Assembly (NCBI RefSeq): GCF_000981445.1 | Contig: NC_027218.1 | Span: 2,356,001-2,420,000, forward strand | Length of the DNA stretch: 64,000 bases | DNA from: Babesia bigemina | Taxonomy: Eukaryota | Reading direction: 5' to 3' | Shown: in pieces, positions 21,636-32,805 of the stretch | How positions within the stretch are numbered: position 1 is the first letter of the stretch | How the letters are laid out: each line of letters opens with the position of its first letter | Notes under the pieces: generated by a model | Databases searched by the model: none | What the model saw: the letters and a program-made list of their open reading frames with translations, nothing else | Told to the model about the DNA's origin: nothing | Translations under genes and position numbers: made by a program

Positions 21636-24110
21636 CTACTCAGCGCGAGCCCGATTCAGCGACCGGTTCTTGGCCTCCAGCAGCAGTTTTAGCAGCTGGA
21701 CCTCGTCAAGCACCGTCTGCTGCAGCGGCTTGGACTTCTCGCACTGCATCTGGCTCTTGATGCGCATCAACATGGCGAGTCTCCTGGATGCGTCATCTTG
21801 GTTGGAGCTGGCACTGCCAGAACCGCCTCGTGCTTGAGCCGTGCGCCTCCCCAAGGGCAAGTGTGGGTAGTCGCCGAGGCAGTCATGCGGGAATCGTGGC
21901 GCGTTCGCATTCTCGTAAGACGCCGGTTGAGGAGGCGGCCTGAATTGGGATAGCGAGAAAACGTTGCGGAACGCGTTCATCAGGTCGATAGTGGGGTCGT
22001 TTTTGTCTCCGTAGTCAGTAGAGAAGAGCGACCCGCGGTACGACCTGCTGCGGGCACTGCGTGGCATCGCCACCGAATTCGTCGGCTTGGAGTGCCCGTT
22101 GGTGGGCATCATCGAATTCCACATTGCGTATTGCCTGACCCCCTCAGCTGGTGCTGGCGCGCGAACGCCGTCCTGAGAAGGCGTCGGCATGGCGGTGGTC
22201 CTGCCATCCCTCGAGAATGCGTCGGATCCCAACAGCGATCGCGTGCCGTATCCCTCACTCGTTCGCCTCGATATTCCGCCTTTGTTCAGGATTTTGGGGC
22301 GGTAAACGGCCTTGCGCTGGGCGCTCTGTCGGACGTTGGGGCGCACGAATTCCCAATCGGAATCGGGGTGGTCCATCCAGCATACGCCGTAGCACTCGTC
22401 GAACTTCTGACTCTCCAAAAGGTCGCCCTCGTGGCTGAAAATCTTCAAAAAGTTATCCACTTTCATGCGCGGGAAAGTTGAGGCAGCCATGAAATAGCGG
22501 GAGTCGGACGACCACTCGGAGACGACTGTGCACGGTTCTTTTAAGTGCACAATCTGCTCGTAGTCGCAGGCGTCCTTGCGGTACCAGAAACAGATTTCCC
22601 CAGCCAGGTTACCAAAGCCACAGAGCGCGACCATGTTACCCAGGGGGTTCCACTTGATGGTGTTCCGGTACGACTTGGGAAAGGTGAACAACTGCACGCA
22701 ATCCGAGTCGTACAGCGTGATGTCGCACGGCATGTTTCCCTCCATGAGTATGAATTCGTCACGCGTAGGGCACCACCGCGCGTCGTGGGTGGTCTGCATG
22801 TTCACCTGGCAGACGAAGTCGCCTGAGGAGCGGAACAGGAAGCAGTTGGAGGTCGAACCGTACTTCTCACCGGCCAAGTCGACAATCGACTGCCCGAGCA
22901 CCAGCAGAGAGCGCCCAGAGGGCGACCAGAACATGTCGGCGGAGTCCTCTGACTTCAACTCGTGGTCAACGGACGAGAGCTCCGATAACTCATCACCCAC
23001 GCACCGCAGAGTGGTGATGCGCAAGTTGCCCGATATTTGGGAGCTAACATCCGCCTTGGTGTACGCAGCAATTGATATAGTGCAGTCTTGGGCACCTCGA
23101 CAGAAACGGGCAAGTGATTTGCTTTCTGACCCCGCGATGGAACGAGGGGACGTCGCACTGCTCTCCTTGGCGCTGGGAGTGTCAGCCCGTAAGTCGGCAG
23201 CAGAGCCCACCACATCTCCGGGTGCAACTGAAGATGCGTCATCACGATCAGAGGTCGCGGCGAAACTGCCTACGGTTGTTGCATCAGTTCCGCTGCGTTC
23301 ACCCAGTGACAACCCACTAGTGTGTTCCGCCTTGCCCCCAGGGACCGCACCACCTTTCCTATCAGTTCCCAACACTTCGCCCTTGCTTTGGTCGTTGGAG
23401 TCGGGGAGGCACTCGGGTGAAAACACCTCCACAGAAAACACGCGGGGGATCGGGATGGAGTGCAGCAAACGAGTACTCTTCAACGGGGTGTTCTCGGAAG
23501 ACGTGATTGCGTAGATCGACACCTGCTGGCCGTAACACAGGGCGAACTTGTCGCTGTGTCCCACCCACTTGATTATGGGCCACTGATCGGGGGACAAGCG
23601 GCGTGTGCTGAAGCTGCCCACGATGCATTTCTGCGAAATGTCCCAAATGTGCAAGTTGTCCTCCAGGAACAGGCCCGTCTCCCTGGAGCAGTTGGTAAGG
23701 TTGAAGTATATCACCAGGTATACGCCGTTGTTGGACCACTGCAGGTGTTTGATGTTCTTGCAGCCGATTGGGGTGTAGAGATTGCGGTACTTCCCCACGC
23801 CGCGAAGCGTGTCGAATGAAAAATCAGACGGCGATTCGCCCTTCACGTGCAGAATTGACAGCCCCAAGCGGTCATCCACGATGGCCACGTTGTTGTTCGG
23901 CGAGCGCGCGTAGTGCCTCGCGAAACGGTTCAACGACCACACCGTGACACTGGTGTACGGTGTGGTGGTATCCGATCTTGCGCTTTCATCGGCGTCCGCC
24001 GCGTATTCAGAGGGTGTCTCCGCTCGACGGCCCGGAACGCAACCGTTGACAAACAGCCCATTTTTCCCATGCACAAGGAACATGTTCGTATCCTTGGCCC
24101 TCGAACTCAT
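21636..24110 (-). CDS. EIF2A: eIF2A-like WD40 translation initiation factor
   Basis: YRNTIKWNPLGNMVALCGFGNLAGEI, WSSDSRYFMAASTFPRMKVDN; first ATG at 24110. Confidence 0.85.
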   Translation of the reverse strand: MSSRAKDTNMFLVHGKNGLFVNGCVPGRRAETPSEYAADADESARSDTTTPYTSVTVWSLNRFARHYARSPNNNVAIVDDRLGLSILHVKGESPSDFSFDTLRGVGKYRNLYTPIGCKNIKHLQWSNNGVYLVIYFNLTNCSRETGLFLEDNLHIWDISQKCIVGSFSTRRLSPDQWPIIKWVGHSDKFALCYGQQVSIYAITSSENTPLKSTRLLHSIPIPRVFSVEVFSPECLPDSNDQSKGEVLGTDRKGGAVPGGKAEHTSGLSLGERSGTDATTVGSFAATSDRDDASSVAPGDVVGSAADLRADTPSAKESSATSPRSIAGSESKSLARFCRGAQDCTISIAAYTKADVSSQISGNLRITTLRCVGDELSELSSVDHELKSEDSADMFWSPSGRSLLVLGQSIVDLAGEKYGSTSNCFLFRSSGDFVCQVNMQTTHDARWCPTRDEFILMEGNMPCDITLYDSDCVQLFTFPKSYRNTIKWNPLGNMVALCGFGNLAGEICFWYRKDACDYEQIVHLKEPCTVVSEWSSDSRYFMAASTFPRMKVDNFLKIFSHEGDLLESQKFDECYGVCWMDHPDSDWEFVRPNVRQSAQRKAVYRPKILNKGGISRRTSEGYGTRSLLGSDAFSRDGRTTAMPTPSQDGVRAPAPAEGVRQYAMWNSMMPTNGHSKPTNSVAMPRSARSRSYRGSLFSTDYGDKNDPTIDLMNAFRNVFSLSQFRPPPQPASYENANAPRFPHDCLGDYPHLPLGRRTAQARGGSGSASSNQDDASRRLAMLMRIKSQMQCEKSKPLQQTVLDEVQLLKLLLEAKNRSLNRARAE

Positions 24111-25728
24111 CGTCGGTGCGCTGCTCCTGCCAACCAAAACCAAGACCTTGAGCCGAACAAAATACACTGACCGACTCGAGCTCAGTTAACGGAAGAGCCA
24201 GTGAACCAATGGTAGTAGAACGACAAACGGTAGCCTCCACACAACTTCTAAACTGCATCCGAGCAACCGGTATTTCCCCTGCCTACTTCCTCCTCACACG
24301 CTGCATTCAAGGAGCCCCAAAGCCCCGCTAGCGCTTAACGCACGCACGGGGTCGTGCGCCAGGCACGGTGGTATCCTAGGGTCGCGCTCAGAGTGTAACG
24401 ACCGACGGGCATAGACAGAGACGAATAATCAGTGTGACGAACAACCTTTAATAACGTACACCACCAATAAACCGCAGCGTCGTCACCAATGGAGCATAGT
24501 TTAGCGTCGTGATAAGCCAACTGACTAGCGCTCGCACAGCCGAGTCCCAGACAGCCCGAGGCGATCCCAACCAACGCACCAGAGAACTCTTGAAATTGAA
24601 CCCACAACTGCGCTCGATGATTTTAATACCTGGAGTCGTTAGAGTGGCCGATTTTGGCACGCCGCGACACAGAAGCGGCCGAGATTCCAAATGTATAGAG
24701 CACGCACCGAGCGGTTACACCTTGAAGCACGCTGAATAGGCGCTCAAAACGCTCCGACAAAACGCCTCGCAGAGATAAGAATGTTACAAGATGGCAAAGC
24801 AATGTCCCAACCACGATCGCCGAAAGGAGCAGCGACAGGCGCAGCTACAATAAAAACTGACGTCACGAATACGCACTATTCAACAGTCAGGGTCAGCTAT
24901 CCCAAACTGAGCTGCGCGGCGCAGATTCGAACGAGCGCAGAGCACCAGGTGACCCAATATACCGTCACACAATCACGTCAGAAAAGACATAAAACACTCT
25001 GAATTCGCCAGCTCAAAAAACTGCCGGTGAACTGATAATGTATGACACGAAACGCGCCGAGCTTTTCCGTTGACAGACGCGCCGGAACGCCAAACGTGGA
25101 CAACGGAAGCACGCGCAGCGTACATCAAGAAGGTGGAAACCCCAGGACAGAATCGCCGTGCCGGCGCAGTTAGGTAGAGCAACGTCGCCAAATTATGCTT
25201 GTACACCATTATAGTGACTTGGTAGAAGCGTCGGAGACCTACATCTCGGCCGGTGGCTAGGGCGTGTCGCGGTCACCGACACCGGCGCACACCGTAGGTG
25301 AAGTTGCACGGCGCACACTTTGAACCCGTGCCGATATCGGCGTCCACGCGTTGCTAAAAGGGGTATAGAGTGGTCGAAGGCCCATGTCTGTGGCCATTAC
25401 TGGGCTCTTTGCGAAGCGTCCAATAGGCGCTGCACCGTCAACACGCCGAGTGGCAATAGCGGCCTCTAACGGGGACATGTACCAGTTAGATGCATCAGTA
25501 GCACATTTCTAGGTTGTAAGTGAGGCGCATAGCCCTCAAAGTCTGCGGGCTATGGGGAGCGAGACGCGTACGTCGGATGTGTGGATTCCCTTAATATAAT
25601 AGCCTTTACTGCACAGTTTGGAGGTATTTGGCGCATGAACTCAAATGGGTGAGCCCGCATAAAAACCCGGCAGTTTTCTTATCGTGTTTGAGCGGGCGAA
25701 TCCTCCGGTTGCAGGCCCTACGACAGCT

Positions 25729-26643
25729 ATGGACAAATACAACCTTGACTTCCTGCCCCCGGCAGCGAGGCCAATCGTCAAGCCATGTTTACCCTTCATT
25801 CTGGGAGGCGCGTCGGGATGCCTAGCGACCGTCTGCATACAGCCGATAGATATGGTCAAGGTCAGGATCCAGCTCGCGGCGTCTGCGGGGCAGACTAAGA
25901 TATCCCCCGTCGCGCTTTTCGGGCAAATCGTCAAGAACGAGGGTCTGAAGTCCATGTACAAGGGGTTGGATGCGGCCTGTGCGCGTCAGATACTCTACAC
26001 GACGACGAGGCTCGGGCTCTTCCGTACCATCAGCGACAAGCTCAAGGAAAAGCAGGGGAAGGACACCCTCCCCTTCTCCCAGAAGTGCGCCGTCGGCCTA
26101 TTTAGTGGCGCGGTGGGCGCCTTCATCGGGAACCCGGCCGACCTGGCGCTGGTCAGGATGCAGTCGAACCAATCGCTACCGCTGGCGCAGCGGAAAAACT
26201 ACAGCGGCATTTTGAGCACCGTATGCCACATCACCAAGAACGAGGGCGTCACCAGCTTGTGGAAGGGGTCAACGCCCACGATCGTCAGGGCGATGGCGCT
26301 CAACGTGGCCATGCTCGCAACCTACGACCAGGCGAAGGAGGGGCTCAGCCCGTACATAAAGAGCAAGTCGATGCTCAGCGTGGTCAGCAGCGGCATCAGC
26401 GCCTACTTCGCAGTCCTCGCGAGCTTGCCGTTCGACTACGTGAAGACGTGTCTGCAGAAGCAAAATAGCGGCGGCCCGCAGTACAAGGGCGTCACCGACT
26501 GCTTCATCAAAACGTACAAGCAGGGAGGGATCAGACTGTTTTACGCCTCATACAGCGCGTTCTACATGAGAATCGCACCCCACATCATCATCACGCTTCT
26601 TCTGAGGGAGTACTTCGAGCACCTGCTGCTGAGGAAACCGTGA
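25729..26643 (+). CDS. DTC: Mitochondrial dicarboxylate/tricarboxylate (2-oxoglutarate/malate) carrier
   Basis: Three carrier signatures PIDMVKVRIQ, PADLALVRMQ, PFDYVKTCLQ; RQILYTTTRLGLF; RIAPH. Confidence 0.9.
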   Translation: MDKYNLDFLPPAARPIVKPCLPFILGGASGCLATVCIQPIDMVKVRIQLAASAGQTKISPVALFGQIVKNEGLKSMYKGLDAACARQILYTTTRLGLFRTISDKLKEKQGKDTLPFSQKCAVGLFSGAVGAFIGNPADLALVRMQSNQSLPLAQRKNYSGILSTVCHITKNEGVTSLWKGSTPTIVRAMALNVAMLATYDQAKEGLSPYIKSKSMLSVVSSGISAYFAVLASLPFDYVKTCLQKQNSGGPQYKGVTDCFIKTYKQGGIRLFYASYSAFYMRIAPHIIITLLLREYFEHLLLRKP

Positions 26644-26998
26644 AAGCGTCGCCGGCCTGGGCAACGAGCGAAAATGCCGTTGAAACCACTGCGACGCACA
26701 AACGCGAAACGACGAAACTGTATCTAACATGAAACACACGTTAAATCATGTAAATACGACATTCACGAGCCACGAACGCCGTCGAGGCTGGGTTAGGCAT
26801 GGCCACCGCCACTACAACGTTGTTATTGGAGATTGTCATTGAAGGTGTGACTGCAATAAATGTAGCTCAAAGGAGCTCATAAATGCAGTATGTCATGTCA
26901 TGGGATGGAAAGGGGTGCTGGAGCGCCGCTGGAATTGGAGCAGGTCAAACGGCTTAATGTATTCGTCCAGAGGAATTCCGCCAAGTGCTGCAGTCGCC

Positions 26999-27787
26999 CT
27001 AATCGTCGAATGCGTAGTCGACGCTCAACTCCGCAGCTGCCCCCATGGCGATGCGCATCGCCTTACCTCTGGCCTCAATCACGTCCTCATCCTCCACCAC
27101 AGTGCCGGTTTTGGTGTCGAACCTGTGGGCCTCAGTCTCGTTGCAAGAAATCACACCGGCGACTATGCCACGGATGCTGCACGCGACCAAAAACGTGGAC
27201 ACTTCGCGGTCCTCCAGGTCGACGTCAGTCTGCAACACCTCGTCACGGAGGCTGTTGCCGCGATCGACCCTCGGCGGATAGACCGTGTCGCGAGTCAACG
27301 ACCGCGTCAAACGAGTTGCGATTCCCATCTTCTTGGCCGACTGACGCAGCGCGCGAACGGCATCGGGGTGCGCCACGGCTGGGTAGCTGATGTCGACCTC
27401 GATGGTCGACGTGTTTTCGCCACGGCAGGCGGCGTATGTCACGCAGAAAGCCTTGCGAGGCACGCGGCCAGGGGTCAAACTGACCGAATCCGTGACCAAA
27501 ATCACGCACCTAACGCCGAAAAGGCCCAACTCACACAGCAGACGGTGCAAGTTTGTAGCGCCGTACCCGTAACTCAACGCGAAGAACGTCTGCCCGTTGT
27601 ACTCCAACTCCATTGAACGAAGCGATTTGTACTGGCTGAAGACCTCATGGCGGGTTGCCAAGTGAGCCAAATGGTCCAACCAGGGAGGGTTGCCAACCAC
27701 AATAGCCACGGGGTGGATGCGGTCCAGTGGCACGCCGATCTTGTTCATGATCCCCGCAGGGCAAACCGCGGTCTTGGTATTTGGCAT
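26999..27787 (-). CDS. Divergent purine/uridine nucleoside phosphorylase-family protein, possibly a pseudoenzyme
   Basis: Colinear with 28754-29542 (ELEYNGQTF, YGYGA, EL..GVRCVI, CRGENTS...YPAVAHPDAVRALR) but active-site motifs altered. Confidence 0.8.
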   Translation of the reverse strand: MPNTKTAVCPAGIMNKIGVPLDRIHPVAIVVGNPPWLDHLAHLATRHEVFSQYKSLRSMELEYNGQTFFALSYGYGATNLHRLLCELGLFGVRCVILVTDSVSLTPGRVPRKAFCVTYAACRGENTSTIEVDISYPAVAHPDAVRALRQSAKKMGIATRLTRSLTRDTVYPPRVDRGNSLRDEVLQTDVDLEDREVSTFLVACSIRGIVAGVISCNETEAHRFDTKTGTVVEDEDVIEARGKAMRIAMGAAAELSVDYAFDD

Positions 27788-28753
27788 TGGGCTCAGTAAC
27801 ACGAAATTTAGCAGATACCGAACGAACTATACAGATAGACAAGTCCAAATTAACCTATGTGGATGCAGCGACGACCATGACGCGGTAATCCGAAGGCGTA
27901 ACCTGGACGCAAGGTGGAATCCTGCCCTGTTCACAGAAGAGCCTAGACAGCTTGAGAGAGCCACGACAACAGGGGCTACCCGAATGCAATGCTAGAGAAA
28001 AAACAGAATAACCAGATGTGGAAGTCGACTTTAACTGTGCCTCGCGCGGCGGTCGATGCTCGTGACTCCGGGATAGTGGGCATTAACAACACGGGCCGCG
28101 CGACGGCATCACACACATAAATTATGCCCGACGCGTGTTGAAACTGATTAAATGGTGTATAACAAACGCCATGAACGGAACAATAAAATTGATCCTTCGT
28201 GTTCATATGCGCCTAATTTGTGATCGTGTGTATCGGCTGCGCAGGCGGCCATTACAGTGGCTCAAGGAAAGGGGTGGCCACATTGCGCACGGGTGTTAGC
28301 TGTATTTCCTACTAGCTGTGGTACAAACCGTCAGGCAATGCCATAGGCGCACAGCGCGCGACATGGCACCTTTGTCCAGAGACGTCTAACACTTGGTAGT
28401 TTGCGCTCTTAAAATCAGACACAACCTTGGAATGCACAACGTTTTAACCAGCACACAACTAGACGTAGCCACAAGGCGTTGCAACATCTCTTAGCATAGC
28501 CGAATTTTGCCAAAGCGCCGCGAAGGGCATGGGGATTATGGAACCGCGAATGCTACGCCAGTGACACCTGGGACTTCACAAAAATGCCAGCAGTAACAGT
28601 TCACGTGAAATATATTCTGTTGTAGCGCGGAAGGTTTGAGAGGAGTGAACACAGAGTGCAATATATTGGCCGTGCACGATAACCGTAGAGGGCGGCGTAC
28701 AGCGGAAACAAAACAGAAACGTAGTCAAATTTGCGCCATCTTGCCGATTCACA

Positions 28754-29542
28754 ATGGAGCAGAATGGTGGCGTGATCCTGAATCGCACATCAATCCCAAA
28801 GGATAGGGTGCACAGGGTAGCTATCATATGCGGGGACCAGAAGCGATTTGAAATGTTCAAACGTGAGGTCACCAACTACAGGGAGTTTGGTTACTACTCG
28901 TGCTGGAAGGCGGCGGAGTTTGAATACGACGGGGAATACTTCCTGCTGGCTTGCCACGGAGTGGGCAGCCAGCCCACTGCGGTCTTGGTTAGGGAGCTCA
29001 TCGAACTTGGCGTGAAGTGCATCATTCGCAGTGGCACCAGCGGAACCTTCATGCCGCAGAAGCATGTCATAGGGGACATCTGCATCTGCTACGGCTGCAT
29101 CAGGGGCGACTCGACCACCAGGAACGATATCGACATCGCGTTCCCCGCCGCTGCGCACCCCGACGTCGTGGAGGCGCTCAGGAACGCCAGCGAGGAGCTC
29201 AATGTGCCCACCCACATGGGCCTGTGCTACACAACCGACCTCTTCTATCGCACCGGAATCCTCGGCGAGGACCCCAAGATGCCGTTTGTGAAGTGCGGCG
29301 TAGCCATCGAGGACACCGACAACTCAGCCATGTTCACGCTCTGCAACATATACGGCATCAGGTGCGGCGCCATTTGCACGATTGACGGGTGCCCGTTTGA
29401 ATGGGTGATTGGCAACTACGGGCCGCACACTCCGCAGATGGCCAAAGGCAAGGAGTTCATGATCAAGGTGACCGTCCGCGCGGCTGCGGAGGTGACGCGC
29501 CAAATCAAGGCGGAAGAGGCGCAGGTGGCAGCGGCCGCCTGA
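28754..29542 (+). CDS. PNP: Purine nucleoside phosphorylase (hexameric PNP/UP family)
   Basis: AIICGDQKR, HGVGS, ELIELGVKCIIRSGTSG, TDLFY, IDGCPFEW. Confidence 0.85.
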   Translation: MEQNGGVILNRTSIPKDRVHRVAIICGDQKRFEMFKREVTNYREFGYYSCWKAAEFEYDGEYFLLACHGVGSQPTAVLVRELIELGVKCIIRSGTSGTFMPQKHVIGDICICYGCIRGDSTTRNDIDIAFPAAAHPDVVEALRNASEELNVPTHMGLCYTTDLFYRTGILGEDPKMPFVKCGVAIEDTDNSAMFTLCNIYGIRCGAICTIDGCPFEWVIGNYGPHTPQMAKGKEFMIKVTVRAAAEVTRQIKAEEAQVAAAA

Positions 29543-29833
29543 TACTGGTCAGCACACTGCGTCACTCAATAACGCGATGTTGCCTTGCTGGGAATACCCA
29601 TGGCAGAGTGAGCTAAATGCGGCCGTGAGCAGTTGACAATCGGTACTAACGATCACGCCCGCCCACACGCCACACACATACACGAGTGCAGAATGGACAT
29701 CTCGATAATTCATAGCACTGACACTTCTCGTGAGACCCAGATATCCACAACGCATGTACTACGGTAGTAGGAAGGCCCGTCGTTGGGGTATGAAAATAAT
29801 TCAACTGCCCGTTTTATGCTGGTAGCGCTTTGT

Positions 29834-31060
29834 CTAGTCGCTGTCAGACTCTTCAGCTTCATCTGATTCCTCTTCCTGGGCGTCGCCCTTATCGTCACCC
29901 TCCGCCTTGCGCCGCTTGCGCTCCGCCTCCTCGGCTTCCATGCGTCGCTTCTCTGCGGAGAGCGCCTCGAGGCGTGCTATCTCCTCCGGCGTCTTGCTCA
30001 CGAACTTGTGGAAGCTAACTCCGCCAGAAAACACGCCGGCCTCTACTTTTATCAGGCGTAGGTTCAGACGGGGGCCCGCCTCCGTCAGCCTGCATAAGAT
30101 GTTAGCAACTGACGGCACTTAGCCTAACACGTGTGAATTTAGGTGTGCACAACACATATTTGGAACCCGAACTCACCTTACAGCTAATTTGTTGGCTTCG
30201 TCGTCTGCCTCCTCCAAGTCACTCCGCCCGGGAAGACCGTATTTGTGGCGCAGTATCGCATCACCGTGGTCCACGTTGTTGAGCTCCACGTAGTCGTCAT
30301 TGAGATTCGAGACGTCAAGCTTGCCTCCGGTGGCAGTGCGCAAGACATCTTTGAAGGACGCGCCCTTGTCCTGCATGAGCCGCTTTATGGAGCGCTTGTC
30401 GATCAGCTCCTGCACCGCGTTCGACGTGTTGCAGTCGACCAGGTTTATCAGGTAATGACGCATGACTATAACGTCGGATTTGCGATCCTTGTCGAACAGA
30501 ACAACGCGCTTGCAGTTCTGCATCTTGACGGTCGACACGTCAATAGGGCTGAACATGCCGTTCAACGTCGTCGCCACCGTTTTCATAGCCGTCGCGGTTT
30601 CGTCAACGGAAGAGCGGCCGCGGCCACCAGGCGCGCCTGAAAACCCGTTCAGAACCACCAACGGCGAAAAGTGGCAGGCTCCACCGATGGATTTCGGGTT
30701 TGAGCTGCTCTTTGCGATATCGGACACCAACGCCATAGCATCAATGGCGAAGGTCAATGTCGGGCCTTTGGGCAGGTTCGCCACCTTGAGGTAGCAGCCG
30801 CGCTCAGTCTCGCTCACTGCAAGCAGATGCGTGAGCCCCAACGCCTCACTGACTTCCGTGAAGTCCTTCATTTTTTGGTGAGAGCCCTCATTCAGCCGAC
30901 TCGCGCAATTCGGCGAGACCAGAACACGCAAGTCCCGTACCAGTTGCTTCAGTTCCGGGCGCAACGAGCCTCTGCGGATGATGACGATGCGAGGAGCGTC
31001 ATCGTCGACCTCCTGGGCCTTCGCAGCCTTCCGCTGTCGACGACGCGCAGACTTAACCAT
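29834..31060 (-). CDS. PPAN: Brix-domain ribosome biogenesis protein Ssf1/Peter Pan, 2 exons
   Basis: LVRDLRVLVSPNCASRLNE, LPKGPTLTF, PLVVLNGF, KRVVLF, MRHY, AVR|LTEAGPRLNLRLIKVE; intron ~30090-30176. Confidence 0.9.
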
Positions 31061-31453
31061 GGCCAATAACTATCAAAACCAACTACACAACTTCATTGAA
31101 ATATGTCGCCTACAAACTTGGGGCAAATGGAACGCGCAGGATGCCTTCCTGGTGCCCACCTGTCTGACGCAACACAGCCTACACATCCAATGCGGTGAAC
31201 GTTACAAAACCGCCTTCCATGGCGCGTAAGTCGCAACCAAACAAGTCTACGTGACGCAATAAGTATCGATGATCAATATCGAAGGGGAACGAAATCTGAG
31301 GGTCCCCTTCGCTCCCACCGGCGGCATTAGTCAAAACCAGTTAAGGACTGCCAGGGCGGCCGAAATCACATCCTCAACCACTCTACCGCGCTACCACTTA
31401 CTATGACAACAGATTAATTCGGGTTTCGCAATTTTAGCGCGATAACGGAGTTG

Positions 31454-32356
31454 CTACTCGGTCGGCCATCCCACACGCTTCACGTTGAGGTTGTCGGTGT
31501 CGATACCGTGCGTGTAGTTGTGCGTGCCACAGCGCGATTTCAGGGTGGCAATCGCCTGGCCATGGAAGGAGGCGCCAAACGACTCGATCTCCCGCTTCAC
31601 AGAAGTGTAGAATGCCTCGGGCAGAGTGCACTCAACCGACGACTGGCCGACGGTGCCGGATGAGGGCAACTCCCACTGAGGCACAGCCTGCCAGCCCGAA
31701 GGGTAGCCGTTGGTCTCCTGCACCAGGCGGCGGTATACGTCGCCGCCGAAGGAGAGAAGCGCGGCAGGGAACTGCTGCAGGTCAGCGTCGTACGCCGCGC
31801 GAGGAACCTGGTCGGCGTCGATCACCAAAAACTTGTTGCCAGGATACTCTCGCGCCAGCCTATCAACGCAGTCGAGCACCGATAGCGCCGCAGTGTTCTG
31901 CTGGCTCACGAACACAGAGACAACCAGGTCATCAGACTGGACGCGCTCACGATCTGCAAACAATGGACAACTGCCAGGAAAGGACATCGCACAGAACTAC
32001 GTCAAAGCCCGCATACAACACTTATAACAACCACCAATCATAGCTCATCACCACGAAAGTGACACTTTACGTTAACAACGAACGCGAAACCCACCAGGAA
32101 TTGAGTAAACGGCGCTGTAAAATTCGGCGTGGTCCTTGACCAGGCGCACGTTCGAACGCTCGGGCACTCTCAGAGGCGCTGAGGCCGTAGCAAGCCTGGA
32201 ACGGATGCTCTCAATAGTATGCAGGGCGCGGCGACCGCCCAAAGCGCTGCGTATCGCTGCGGGAACGCAGCCAGGAGCTCGAGCGCTCAACACACACGCC
32301 ACGTCGCTACCAGGGAAGCGAACGCGACCCGGTGCCACACGTCTCAAAATGCGCAT
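31454..32356 (-). CDS. Thioredoxin-fold protein without CxxC, with probable mitochondrial presequence, 2 exons
   Basis: Arg/Ala-rich N-terminus; LAREYPGNKFLVIDADQVP...LQQFPA thioredoxin-like pattern; in-frame splice IP|DRERV. Confidence 0.65.
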
Positions 32357-32805
32357 TGTGAGCGAATATAAATACGCAGTGCGGCGTGACAGCGCGCTCG
32401 ACGGTCAGGGAACACCGCCCACCAACGCGTCCGGTGCCGCTACGGCGGAAGGCAGGTGAACGGACGGCACACAATACGGGCAAACGCCGTACAGGTGCTC
32501 TCACAGGTGATTCTAATACCCATTTCACGCCCATTTTTACCACTAACCGGGTGGAAGGAGAGTGTAGAGTCACGAAGGTCGAGTGGCGAGAGCCTAGTTA
32601 CACAAGCTGCTGTACCACGCTAGAAGACACCTACCGGTCGTTACAGGGGCTGCAGGTGTATGGTTACGAGCGTGTGCGAACTCAGGGATCGGCAACGGCA
32701 TTGACCAACGTAGAAGCTGCCGGCGTGTACCTGCCACGACTGATGCGACAAATACAGCACAAGGCCGTTAACACACTTGATAACAAAGCCGCGTGATCCA
32801 CCAAG

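Noticed and set aside
22576..23514. 312-aa antisense ORF in eIF2A, and similar long antisense ORFs in TBL1 and UBA5
   Set aside because: Expected from GC-rich codon usage on the sense strand
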